DNA of 64,000 nt from Eledone cirrhosa (Eukaryota). This document shows positions 38,140-51,490 of this stretch, in pieces; position 1 is the stretch's first letter; every line of letters begins with the position of its first letter. The stretch spans positions 233,058,001 through 233,122,000 of the forward strand of contig OZ024740.1 in assembly GCA_964016885.1 (NCBI GenBank). Direction: 5' to 3'. The notes under the pieces are model-generated. The model was not told the DNA's origin, made no database searches, and was given only the letters and a program-made list of their open reading frames with translations. A program made the position numbers and the translations under genes.

Positions 38140-40410
38140 GCCGCATCGTCCTTAGCACGGGATAACATGGGCCCTGCTGAGGCCTTAGAGGTGCCAGTTC
38201 GAAAAATATATTGTAGTCTTCACCCAACGCTGCAAAAACTGACGATGGGACTGCAACCTGTTTTGGGAGGTGTGGGATGGAAATACAAAGGTTACATTTC
38301 CCGAGACCCCAAAGCAGACATTGAAAATGTGTAACTGGAATGTTACAATCCTTGCAGGCAAGAAGTAGAAAGAGTAGGAGGCCAGGTGCTACCAGTCATA
38401 TAAAGTAGGGGTTTCCTCGATCAAGTTCCGTGTCTCTGGTATTATAGACTGAGATAGAGGATGAAAAGTCCTTTATTCTGGTATAGCACCAGAAATGACT
38501 GCACAAGTTGAAGTAGAGATATTCACAAGCCAGAGGCTAACAGAATGTTTATGAACTGGATTCCATTGTGAGATAGGTTGGTGCAAGTTTATGCTCCAAA
38601 CAAAGAGACCAAGTACAGATCCTTCCTTGATGAAGTCACTGCAGGGTTAGATGCATTTAATACTGAGTTATATATCCTAAATAGAGAGTTCAATGCACAT
38701 GTTGGTTTTGACTAACGGATATGAAACCGATTAATTCGTTTGAACGGCAATCCCGATCTAAATACAAATTAGACTTTTGTTCGACTAATGGGTTCTATTA
38801 TGTTCTCTTCTGTCCTATTATGAACACCTTCTTCTGGCACATGGTAAAAGAGATTACTAATTCATTGTGTTATTGTCTCTGATCTCTTCAGTTCTGTTCT
38901 GGATGTTCGTGTTAAGTGAGACAATGAGCTGACAAGTAGTAACCATCTAGTTATCTGCTGCCTGAGACTACTTAAAGGCAAAAGGGCCCACAAAACTTAC
39001 AGGAGAAAGCGGGAAGTGCTGGTAGATAAAGAAGTCAGGAATAGGTTTGTGGATAATATTGCATCTAAGTCTAGAGAACTCTCTGAGCAAGCTGAGAACG
39101 TTGAAACAAACTAGAGACTGTTCAGTTCGGCAGTTTCTGCTTCATATTTTAAATATTTGTGGCAAAAAGGGGCTTGCTGTGGTCAAAGATGCCATCCCAG
39201 CAATGAAAGAAGTTTACAAACTTGAATTGGAAGTAAGTCCTCCAAATTGCATGTGCGGTAGAAGCAAGCGTAAACAGTCGCAACAAGGACAGGAAAAACG
39301 TCCTCATTAAGACATGGGAGGTCATTGAGGTTAAGCGCGAATCCAACATCAGATCAGCAAATAAAATCTTCTGGCAGACCATACGACAACTTAGTAATAA
39401 GAAGCTCCTCCATGAATGCTATCAGGATCGCGTCTAGGGTTCTCCTTACTTCACAAAAGTGAATCCCCGTGAGATGGAGAGAATACTTTGTTGATCTTCT
39501 AAACTCGGTCGCAACAAAATCATCTGATGTACATGAGATGCATTTAACCCCAAGTAGCCTGAGGTTTGCAGAGCAGTGTTCAGATGTGGCAGGAGCGCTT
39601 AGGAGGATGAAATTCAACCCGAGATGTTAAAGGTTTGGAATAGAAAATGTATTCTTTGTCTGATTCGTGTGTGACAGGTAGCATAGATCCCAGGAAAGGC
39701 ACCTAATCAATGACAATCGGGAATGATAAGCCCAATTTTCAAAAAGGGAGACAAGAGTTATTTCTCTAATTATAGTGGGATCTCTTTGTTAAGATTCTTC
39801 GGCGAAAACCGAGACACTTATCCTCTAAAGAAATCCTGCGCAGTTCACTCTAAATGCAAGTGAAGATCCACTGAAGCTGGCGGCTGAATTATGTGCAATA
39901 ATTGCAGGAGCTAATGCAGTAATGGGCCAGCTTCAACATTCGAGAAGGGAGGTAAGTGTAAAATCCAAACTCGCTATCTTCAAATTGGTGCCAACCCTTA
40001 ACTGTTGTCATGAATCTTGGGTTATAACCGAAAAGAACACGATCGCAAATACAAGCGGCCGAAATGGAGTTCCTCCGAAGGGTCTTTGGAGTCAAGTTAC
40101 TGGATAGAGTGCGTAGGCGTGAAGATTAGAGAATCTCTGCAGATAGAGCCGCTACTTCTCCGAGATCATGGCTCCGATATTACGTGCATGGGGTTAGAAT
40201 CTGAGGCAAGAATCGTTGGAAATCTTTTATGGGGAAAAACTAAACGGCAGAAGACCCAGATGTAGATCTCGAGATAAAATCCATGAGCTCGGCTTTCCTC
40301 GTTTAGAGATCAAGCCGGATCAGTTAGAGACGATTGCTTCTGATAGGACCCAGTGGATACGTGGACGATGATTAAGCCCCCGTGACCCACCTAAGTTTAA
40401 GTGGCCATCC
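38140..40410 (+). mobile_element. degenerate RTE-clade LINE with the RT core deleted
   Basis: Homologous to 1380-4248; jumps at about 39795 from the NYSGISLL region to the AKTETL region. Confidence 0.8.
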
Positions 40411-40586
40411 AGTGGCGCAGATTTTAATCGATATCATCAATTTCACTGCGTATTCTTCAAGTCTGGTGTTTATCTTATCGTTTTCTTTTGTCACAAACGT
40501 AAACACAAAGAGTTACTCCCACACAGGTTGAACTCTAAACCATGCATATGCGAAGCGAATACCTTAACCATACAGCTTTGTCTGCG

Positions 40587-40634
<48 letters not shown>

Positions 40635-40635
<1 letters not shown>

Positions 40636-40926
40636 TCTGTTTTTGAATTTGTTTGCAAGATTTCTTATCTGGAAACGTGTGTTGAAACAGATATTATTAT
40701 GCTGCCAATAAAACCACACGCACCTGTTGGTTTTCACTTCAGATTATTATAAATTTCCTGTTGGTTGATTAGTTCGATAACCGGATGGTTGTTTATAAAT
40801 GGACAACCCACAAGAACAAGTTGGTGTAGGACAGAACAAAGGAGAGACACAAAATAAAAACGGAAATTTATAATAAATTGAAGTGTGTTTTTATTGGCAA
40901 CATGACCCCCTCAAAATATAACAATA
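40635..40926. mobile_element. family C relative, rearranged
   Basis: Matches 8871-9070 directly and 8926-8960 and 9135-9170 in reverse. Confidence 0.65.
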
Positions 40927-41029
40927 TATATATTGCCCCAGCATGGCCTCAGCCGGATGGCTGGATCAGGTAAAAGAGTAAAAGAGTATAATCATTTCTC
41001 ATTAATGCACGCACAAAACCCATAATTTC

Positions 41030-41200
41030 TTTGGGAGGTGAAGTCGATTAAATCACCCCACTTCGTTACAGGCACTTTATTTTATTGACCCTGTAATGAT
41101 GGAAGGCAAAGGTACCCTCGGTAGGATTTGAACTCAAAACGTAAGGAGCCGTAAGTATATGCCGCAAAGCATGTTATCCGGTGCTCTATCGACACTGCTA
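41030..41200 (-). mobile_element. degenerate S1-type SINE
   Basis: GGATTTGAACTC (B box, reverse) and S1 core. Confidence 0.7.
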
Positions 41201-41461
41201 ATTAATATTAACCTGGCAAGCGTGCACTATATGCGAATGAGCTTATTGTTGCTTTACTAATGATTGAACAGTTGCCACTAACGAGGGATTCAAATCCCGG
41301 CGAAGTAAATTAACGGCTGAAGTATGAAATTTTATTCATAAACATAAGGGATTATATAAAATATAAGCTTTGAGGTTTTTCCAGCTTCTCGTTAAATGAC
41401 CAAAACAGATATATAATAATGTTATGGAAAATAAGGCTTTCACATCTCCATTATATATATA

Positions 41462-41554
41462 TTGACTTTGCCTTTCATCCTTACGGGGTCGATAAAATAA
41501 AGTACCAGTAATGTACTGGGTATTTGCTGGCCTTGTCCCTAAAGTAGAAACAAT

Positions 41555-41557
<3 letters not shown>
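41462..41557 (+). mobile_element. 5'-truncated S1 SINE
   Basis: S1 core and tail. Confidence 0.85.
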
Positions 41558-41590
<33 letters not shown>

Positions 41591-41709
41591 AGTGTAGGAA
41601 AAGAGTCAGAACCCCGAAGGCTGAGCACCGGTCCGGCCGTTTTGACAGCTATATCCGAATCTAGTGCGTTATGGTCCACCTGATATCTTACCACACCCAC
41701 TTTATTTTA

Positions 41710-41750
<41 letters not shown>

Positions 41751-41850
41751 CACCACCCCACTCTCAAGAGCGTGAAACTAATAAACCTTTGTTCGTACTG
41801 CCTCTATGTTTTGTTCCCGTTCAATTTTTTACTATATATATATATATATA

Positions 41851-41951
<101 letters not shown>

Positions 41952-42430
41952 GTGTGTATGTGTGTTGGTGTGTATTTGTGTTTCTGTGTGTGTCTGTATG
42001 TGTGCGTGTGCTTGCGTGTGTGTGCGCGCGTGCGTTTATGTGTACGTATGCGTGCAAATTTATTATATACGTTTCCCTAGAAACACATACATAAGTAATT
42101 CCCCAGTTACAGCAGAACATTCTCATATGCTGATGACATTCTATATCGTTATTAGTTATAAATATAAAAAAGCAATTGAAAGAAGGCGGAGTTTATGTTC
42201 TAGCCTGTCTGTCAATTAAATAGTCAGCTTGTCGGTTGTAACCACCTACTTAACAAACGCAGATGCAGAAACGCGTTTAAGATATATAAACTCCACCTCC
42301 CTAAATTACTATTATGTTAATGTTGGATACTATATATATATATATATATAATGGATATCATTGCTAAAAGTATGTCAAGTAGGGATAGGGAGAAAGAGGG
42401 TGGTGATTAAAATAACTACAACTATTGTTA

Positions 42431-42567
42431 ATTGGTTGAAATATGTTTGCAAGTTATCACTTTCTCAGTATGGGCGTGGAACCGCCTTAGCAACCAATGA
42501 CTCACCTGCCGTGTTAATGTAAATAGCTTTACAAACTTCAAGCTAAGGGGGCGGAGCGATATATAAA
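42431..42567 (+). promoter_or_regulatory. dense cluster of Pol II factor motifs, candidate promoter or enhancer
   Basis: ATTGG 42431, GGGCGTGG 42472, RFX-like CCTTAGCAAC 42485, CCAAT 42494, TGACTCA 42498, forkhead-like TGTAAATA 42518, GGGGGCGGAGC 42547, TATATAAA 42560. Confidence 0.35.
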
Positions 42568-42592
42568 CTGGGCTTGGCTAACAATATTAATT

Positions 42593-43099
42593 TGGAAGAA
42601 CGGTTAGAGCGTCGAACAAATAAACGTAAAGTTCGTTCTGATTTCAAATGCAGCCGCGGTAATCGACAGCTCAAAGCCCCAAATTGCTAATCTTGTGCGT
42701 AATGTAGAAAACATTGAGGGTGGTGGAATGGTAGAATCGTTAGAGAGTCGGACAAAATGCTTTGCGGCGTATAGTTACGCATCTTCACGTACTGAGTTCA
42801 AATCCCGCCGAGGTTAGCTTTGCCCTTTATCGTTACGGGGTCGATAAAATAAAGCACCAGTAATGCACTGGGTCGATTTAATCGACTTTCCCGTTCCCCC
42901 AAATTGCTGGCTTTGTGCCTATATTAGAAATCATTATTTGGCAGTATCGGTAGAGGGTCGGACGCCATACTTTCCAGCATAGTTACGTACCTTTACGATC
43001 TGAGTTCAAATCCCGCTGAGGTTGACTTTGCCTTTCATCCTTACGGGGTCGATAAAATAAAGTACCAGTGAAGCACTGGGTAATTGCTGGCCTTGTGCC
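42593..43099 (+). mobile_element. three S1-type SINEs head to tail (42593-42715 decayed, 42718-42937, 42939-43099)
   Basis: Three successive A-box, B-box and tail units, each starting at the previous ATT tail. Confidence 0.8.
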
Positions 43100-43309
43100 T
43101 AAAGTAGAAACAATTATTAGTCACAGCAGTCGTGTTTGTTCCTATTTTCCTCTCTGCTTAATTCAATATCGTCTGTCAGATGTATTTAGAATTAGAAACG
43201 TTCTTTTCAAAAATTGTTCTATATATATATTTACACTTTGCAAAAGAAAAAAATAATGGTAATTTTGTCAAATAGAATCTCGTATTAAATAATAATATAA
43301 TGAGATAAC

Positions 43310-43460
43310 ACTTTGCAGCATTAAGTTATTACACTTTACGTTCTGAGTTCAAATCCCGCCGAGGTTAACTTTGCTTTTCATCCTTACGGGTCGAGAAAAT
43401 AAATCACCAGTAATGCACTGGGGTAATTGCTGGCATTGTGCCAAAAATTGAAACAGTTAT
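43310..43460 (+). mobile_element. 5'-truncated S1 SINE
   Basis: B-box, core and tail. Confidence 0.8.
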
Positions 43461-43520
43461 ATGATAATATAATGTACTTTATGTATGACATGATATAATA
43501 TGTTTTATAAATAAAGATTG

Positions 43521-44143
43521 GAACTTCGAGTGAGTTGAAATGCTTAGAAAATGTAGAAAATCTCGAACGTTTGAAGATAGCTGTGTTCACAGCTTTGAAT
43601 ATCGGTTAAAACTCCGGCTGAACGCTCTGAACCATTGAGCTAAATAACCAACACCTGGTTGACACTTACCATCATATGTATAGTTAAATATCAACTTTTC
43701 AATGTGACAACATTTTGTAAATAAACATTGGAGTGTCGAATGAGTTGAAATGGTCAGCCGGAATTTTAGAGGTACCGAGTTCGTTTTTCGGTAGTGGCTG
43801 CTGAACAATTCTACCGTCTCTAGGGATATTTTATCCGACTTTCTTAGCTGTGTTCACATCTATCTCCTACGTCCGAGACTTTTTATATTTTCTGAGCATT
43901 TCTACTTACTCGACACTTCAATGTATATTTGCAAAATATTACCATATTGAAATGATATTTAGCTTTATCGTTTGGATTCGATTAGCTAATTGGTACAGAG
44001 CGCTGAGACAGAATTTGAGAGGCACAGGTTTCAATTCTCTGTAGAAGCTGCTTGCCAATTTTTCTGTATATAAAGGTATTTTACCCGATTCTCTAATCTG
44101 TGTTCATAATTATCTTCCTGTGTTCAAGATTTTCTGAGCATTA
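43521..44143. repeat. inverted plus partial-tandem array of a ~250-bp unit containing a tRNA-like segment
   Basis: 43521-43752 is the reverse complement of the unit repeated about 1.5 times at 43753-44143; A-box TAGCTCAATGG/TAGCTAATTGG and B-box-like GGTTTCAATTC. Confidence 0.6.
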
Positions 44144-44448
44144 CTATAATATATATATATAAGGCTAGACTTGTTTTATACGTTTGAAATAATTTCAAAG
44201 GAATAGAATAAAAGTCATTTCTATATGAAATATATGTACGGTTTCTACTAATATATTGAGTACGTTATTTAAATGTGGTTCCTTTCATTTCCTTTTCGGA
44301 AAACCTATTCTGTATATATATATGTATATATATATAATGTGTATATATATAATGTGTGTATATATATATATATATAATGCGAAGAAATACAAACGATGGC
44401 TGGAAGATCACTAATGACGGACGTCTTATCTTCTGTTCGAATTTTATT

Positions 44449-44480
<32 letters not shown>

Positions 44481-44483
44481 GTG

Positions 44484-44784
44484 TGGATGTATATATAATG
44501 TATTTTGCAATACACTTTATGCTTAATTAAAAGCATTTTGAAGACCGTAAGCTATTGTTTTAAAGTAGTGACAAATTCACTCACTTTGATCTCAGCAAAC
44601 AGGGGAGATCTCAGCAAACAGGGCTTATCTCCCCTGTTTGCTGAGATCAAAGTGAGTGAATTTGTCACTATTTAAAACAATAGCTTACGGTCTTCAAAAT
44701 GCTTTTAATTAAGCATAAAGTGTATTGCAAAATACATTATATATACATCCATATATATATTGCTATTTCAGAGCTCCAATTCTA

Positions 44785-44790
<6 letters not shown>
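44484..44790. repeat. near-perfect fold-back element between (TA)n tracts, no ribozyme seen
   Basis: Arms 44484-44609 and 44627-44751; the loop repeats GATCTCAGCAAACAGGG. Confidence 0.85.
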
Positions 44791-44845
<55 letters not shown>

Positions 44846-44987
44846 ACAAAGGAATTGTGGTAAGGAACCAAATGGACCATAACGCACCAGAGTACTCAAT
44901 ACTTAGGGTAGTAGAGTGGGAAATAGCCGACGAAACAGAAATAGCCGTCGAAACGGATTGAGCTCGGCCGTCGGGGTCATACGTTTT

Positions 44988-45153
<166 letters not shown>

Positions 45154-45342
45154 TGGAAGTTTAGTAAAATCGAAGTTTTGGCTGTGGCCAAGCTAACGAT
45201 AAACAATTACGATTCTGCAGCAAAGAACTCGATAAAGTTGCGTCACCTTAGATAGCTTGACAAATTGAAAACTGCGACAGGCGAGACTAGCCACATGATA
45301 CCAAAGCATATATATATATATATGCGCGTGTGTGTGTGTGTG

Positions 45343-45850
45343 TTTGCGGTGCTGAGACCGGGGAGATCCCTAATCATGGGAGTACTCAATGGATGGGGAG
45401 ATGCCGAGTGGGTATAGAGGTATGGAAAATCTCGACCGCGGCGCCAAACGGTTTCGGCTTGTGCGTTCAGCACTCTATATTGTTAATTCTATTATTTAAT
45501 TAAAAGTTCTCACTCAGATTCTAACACCAGACTATAAATAACCTTACCCTTTCACCACACCCCTATTGCTGTGATCATTATGTTCCTTCTCCTCATACTC
45601 CACTCATGCTCACTAACCACCCCTACATCCACACTAGCTTCTTAGCCTGACCATTTGCCTTCCCAGATACACTTATTATTCTCTGCTCCTTCTTTTCAAT
45701 GAGACCAGTTTAATACTATAATAAATTCAACCAAAACACTACGAAGACTAGTGACCTATATTCTCACACCCTCAAAATATTACTACAAGTTAGAAGGCTT
45801 GCTGAATACAAAAGCTGAAACCGTTTGGTGCCGCGGACGGGATTTTACAT
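45343..45850. mobile_element. Penelope-like fragment with short inverted ends
   Basis: 45426-45472 is inverted at 45800-45848; contains a GGCTT..AAGCT GAAA CCG TT half motif; relative at 32960-33020. Confidence 0.5.
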
Positions 45851-45875
45851 CTCTCTCTCTCTCACCCCCCCTCTC

Positions 45876-45962
<87 letters not shown>

Positions 45963-46129
45963 CGAAGGAAGTGTGGTAAGAAACCAGGTGGACCATAACG
46001 CACCAGAGTACTCGAGACTTTGGGTAGTAGTGGGTAATAAGAAAAGGGTCAGAGCCCCGACGGCAGAGCTCTGTCCAGAAATAGCTGGCGAAACGGCTTG
46101 AGCTCTGCTGTCGGGGTTCTGACGCTTTT

Positions 46130-46170
<41 letters not shown>

Positions 46171-46172
<2 letters not shown>

Positions 46173-46633
46173 GAAAAAAATGAAACGAAATTTCATTTCT
46201 CACGCTTAGTACGGCTGCTACTTAAATATAAGTTTGTATACGTACATTCATATATGTATACAGACGTACAGTAGTACGTATATACCTTCCTGCCAGATGA
46301 TATGCAAATTAGGCTGCTCAGCCGTTAATATGCATAAGGAAAGTATATACTTTCAGACGTTCATTCATCTAGCAGGAGGGTATACGTTGCTGAAGATAGC
46401 TAATAAGCTTGAAACTAGTACAGCGTTCCTTTGTCAGTGTTGCACAAACGAGCAACGATGGTTGCTAGACACTACGGCTTAATACGGGATGTTTGTTTAC
46501 AAACACACCGAGCATTATAATAAATGTTCGGTGAATCCATACGTACATATATATATGTGTGCATGTATGTATATATATATATATATATACTACTGTACAC
46601 CTGTATACATATATGTATGTACGTATACATACT

Positions 46634-46636
<3 letters not shown>
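46171..46636. mobile_element. family E copy with intact hammerhead at 46384-46426 (+)
   Basis: ACGTTG CTGAAGA T AGCT AATA AGCT T GAAA CTAG TA CAGCGT. Confidence 0.82.
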
Positions 46637-46722
<86 letters not shown>

Positions 46723-47006
46723 GCGTGCGTGTGTGTGTGTGTGTGTAATACATGTTACTAGATGTGATGTTATGTTTGGGTGATCGTATAAATCCAACTA
46801 ATTTATACTTTTGAACCATCTACATATGTTGTATAATTTAGACTGATTTGTTATCTACTGACAATCCAATATCTCTATAACCCCTAGACAATCGGGGCAT
46901 ATGTAACCGATTGGTCTAACCTCTACGGCAAATATGCATATGTAGTAACTATTTGCCAGATGTGTGTTTTTTACAGTAACTAAACCATTATTGTTGGGCT
47001 TTTGCT

Positions 47007-47726
47007 TCAGCTCTATCTTGTAATAACCCCGCTTTGCTTGTGTATGGCTTGTATTTACGTGGAACCTGTCTATATACTTGCTGAACTCAGCTCTATCTTG
47101 TAATAACCCCGCTTTGCTTGTGTATGGCTTGTATTTATGTGGAACCTGTCTATATACTTGCTGAACTCAGCTCTATCTTGTAATAACCCCGCTTTGCTTG
47201 TGTATGGCTTGTATTTATGTGGAACCTGTCTATATACTTGCTGAACTCAGCTCTATCTTGTAATAACCCCGCTTTGCTTGTGTATGGCTTGTATTTATGT
47301 GGTACCTGTCTACATACTTGTTGAACTCAGCTCTATCTTGTAATAACTCCACTTTGCTTGTGTATGGCTTGTATTTATGTGGTACCTGTCTACATACTTG
47401 TTCAACTCAGCTCTATCTTGTAATAACTCCACTTTGCTTGTGTATGGCTTGTATTTATGTGGAACCTGTCTATATACTTGTTGAACTCAGCTCTATCTTA
47501 TAATAACCCCACTTTGCTTGTGTATGGCTTGTATTTATGTGGTACCTGTCTATATAGTTGTTGAACTCAGCTCTATCTTGTAATAACCTCACTTTGCTTA
47601 TGTATGGCTTGTATTTATGTGGTACCTGTCTATATACTTGTTGAACTCAGCTCTATCTTGTAATAACCCCACTTTGCTTGTGTATGGCTTGTATTTATGT
47701 GGTACCTGTCTATATACTTGTTGAAC
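47007..47726. repeat. minisatellite, 9 x 80 bp
   Basis: Unit starting TCAGCTCTATCTTGTAATAACCCC recurs every 80 nt from 47007 to 47647. Confidence 0.95.
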
Positions 47727-47927
47727 ACCCATGGGCCACGTAATTCAATTACCTACTAGTATACCTTGTTTATGTATACTATGACAAGGATTAAAATCAC
47801 TTTGTGTTTTCTGGAGGTAACTTAAGAACCTCTTAGTACTTATATAACTATAAGTTACGGAGATCTTATTCACTTGTTATATATAGGGACCAGTGCTTAA
47901 CTTCCTCTGGCTTTTTATGTGCTTAAA

Positions 47928-48250
47928 ACTTTTTCTTTTTTCTTATTTTTTTTTATTTTTTTTATTTTTTTTATTTTTTATTTTTTTTTTTTAATTTCTT
48001 TCTTTTTTTTTATTTATTTTTTTTTTTTATTTATTTTTTTTTTTCTGTTTTCTTTTTTATTTTTTATTTTTTCTTTTTTATTTTTTCTTTTTTATTTTTT
48101 ATTTTTTATTTTTTATTTTTTCTTTTTTCTTTTTTCTTTTTTCTTTTTTCTTTTTTCTTTTTTATTTTTTCTTTTTTCTTTTTTCTTTTTTCTTTTTTCT
48201 TTTTTCTTTTTTTCTTTTTTTAATTTTTATTTTCGTTTTTATTTATTTTT
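47928..48250. repeat. T-rich low-complexity tract of (TTTTTTA/C)-like units
   Basis: Read directly. Confidence 0.9.
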
Positions 48251-48527
48251 ATCTCTTTATATTAGCTTCCTTTTACTTTTTTTATTATATGGTTTAACCA
48301 TTGTTTATACTTTTTGCTTTTGTGTGCCATCACTTGCATTTGCATCTTGTGAAAAAAGCTGCCTGTACCCTAGCTTTTAGCTGTAGTGCTTAATAACAAC
48401 CCCAACATGTACTCTCTCCTTATTCGCCATCTCCGATCTCCCTATGTTTACCCTCTATTATATTCCAATTGTTCGTGTGACTAAGCTTGGTAGGGCTTAT
48501 ACTCAGCACTGTGTTTTTGTTTATTAA

Positions 48528-48572
48528 GCTCTGATGATTCCTGCCCAAAGGTATGGATGAAACATTGTCAGC
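48528..48572 (+). ncRNA. minimal type I hammerhead ribozyme
   Basis: GCT CTGATGA T TCC TGCC CAAA GGTA T GGA T GAAA CATTG TC AGC then AATAAA; GUC cut predicted after 48569. Confidence 0.85.
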
Positions 48573-48650
48573 AAATAAAAAATGTTTGAGTATGTAAGCG
48601 TTCTTTGATTTATTTTACATATATATAGTAATAATAATAAATTTGAAGAC

Positions 48651-48685
<35 letters not shown>

Positions 48686-48745
48686 AAGGGTGGTGCTCCA
48701 GAATGCCCTCAGGCGTATGGCTGGGACAGGAAAAATAGTAAAATA

Positions 48746-50477
<1,732 letters not shown>

Positions 50478-50972
50478 ATACTTAAAAAGCTATAGAAGTA
50501 CGATATATTCCAAGCAGAGTTCCTTAACAGTTTCCGCCAGTTCAAAGATTTGCTTGATTTGAACTAATTTGTTAGGATATAGCTAATATATTTATATACA
50601 ACAGTCAATATTTTAGAACGATGACAACTGTCAATTGCAATATCATATTGCCATATAGTTTAGTATTTAATCATTTTTCTTATATTAGCATAATTTCCTT
50701 ATATGGTAGCTGGAAACCATTCCGCTATACTAAAAAGAATATTAGTCTGCTGATGTTTTCATAGCAAGAAGATGTTTTATTCCATAGCAAGAATTTGTTC
50801 TTTTCGCTCCACATAATGACATAAGAAAATGGGGAAGGAATAAAGAAAGGCGGATCTGTCTGTATGCGAAAGTAGAGGAAAGGACTATAAAAGCCATAAA
50901 TGAGATGAAAAGGAAGGGTGAAGCAAGGACTCTAGGGCCACAGAGGAAAAGGAGGGGAAAGGGGAAAGGGTA

Positions 50973-51212
50973 ATGGGCGCGGTGGTGTCAGGGCTGCACT
51001 CCGCGTACAAAGCTGAAAATGCATTACTGCGGAAAAAAGGCCTGCGACACCCGCTGCAACGGCCACCCCACCTTACGAGGTTTCTTCCTCAGATGGGCTG
51101 CTGACGTTCCGCTGCTTTGGAGGAACTCGGCTGTAAGGCATCCGAGGATGCCTGGGGTCTCGACGACAACCGGTGCGAAGAAGAAGGGGCCAGACAATCT
51201 TCCCTGTATACG
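50973..51212 (-). mobile_element. 3' fragment of a CRE-clade element
   Basis: FAPVVVETPGILG...PRKVGWPLQRVSQA; DNA similar to 25160-25365. Confidence 0.75.
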
Positions 51213-51301
51213 ATGATTTCTAACAAAGACATACGGCCGGATATTTCGAGGCATGAGTTGTAACTGATATATTTTATAGATACCAAAATGATTCAAGTTA
51301 A

Positions 51302-51490
51302 TGATTGTTTCCACTTTTGGCACAAGGCCATCAATTACCCAGTACATTACTGGTACTTTATTTTATCGACCCCGTAAGGATGAAAGGAAAAGTTAACCTC
51401 GGCGGGATTTGAACTCTGTCCGTAAAGGGACGTAACTGTGCTGCAAAGCATGGCGTCCGACCCTCTACCGATACTTCCAATCCACCGCCC
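51302..51490 (-). mobile_element. S1 SINE, full length
   Basis: TSD with 15/17 identity, TGATTCAAGTT(A/G)AT(G/A)AT, at 51289-51305 and 51491-51507. Confidence 0.9.

Noticed and set aside
47007-47726. CRISPR array, or GIY-YIG-like coding repeat (VYGLYLCGTC)
   Set aside because: No unique spacers and eukaryotic context; 80 bp is not a multiple of three and the protein resemblance is too weak.
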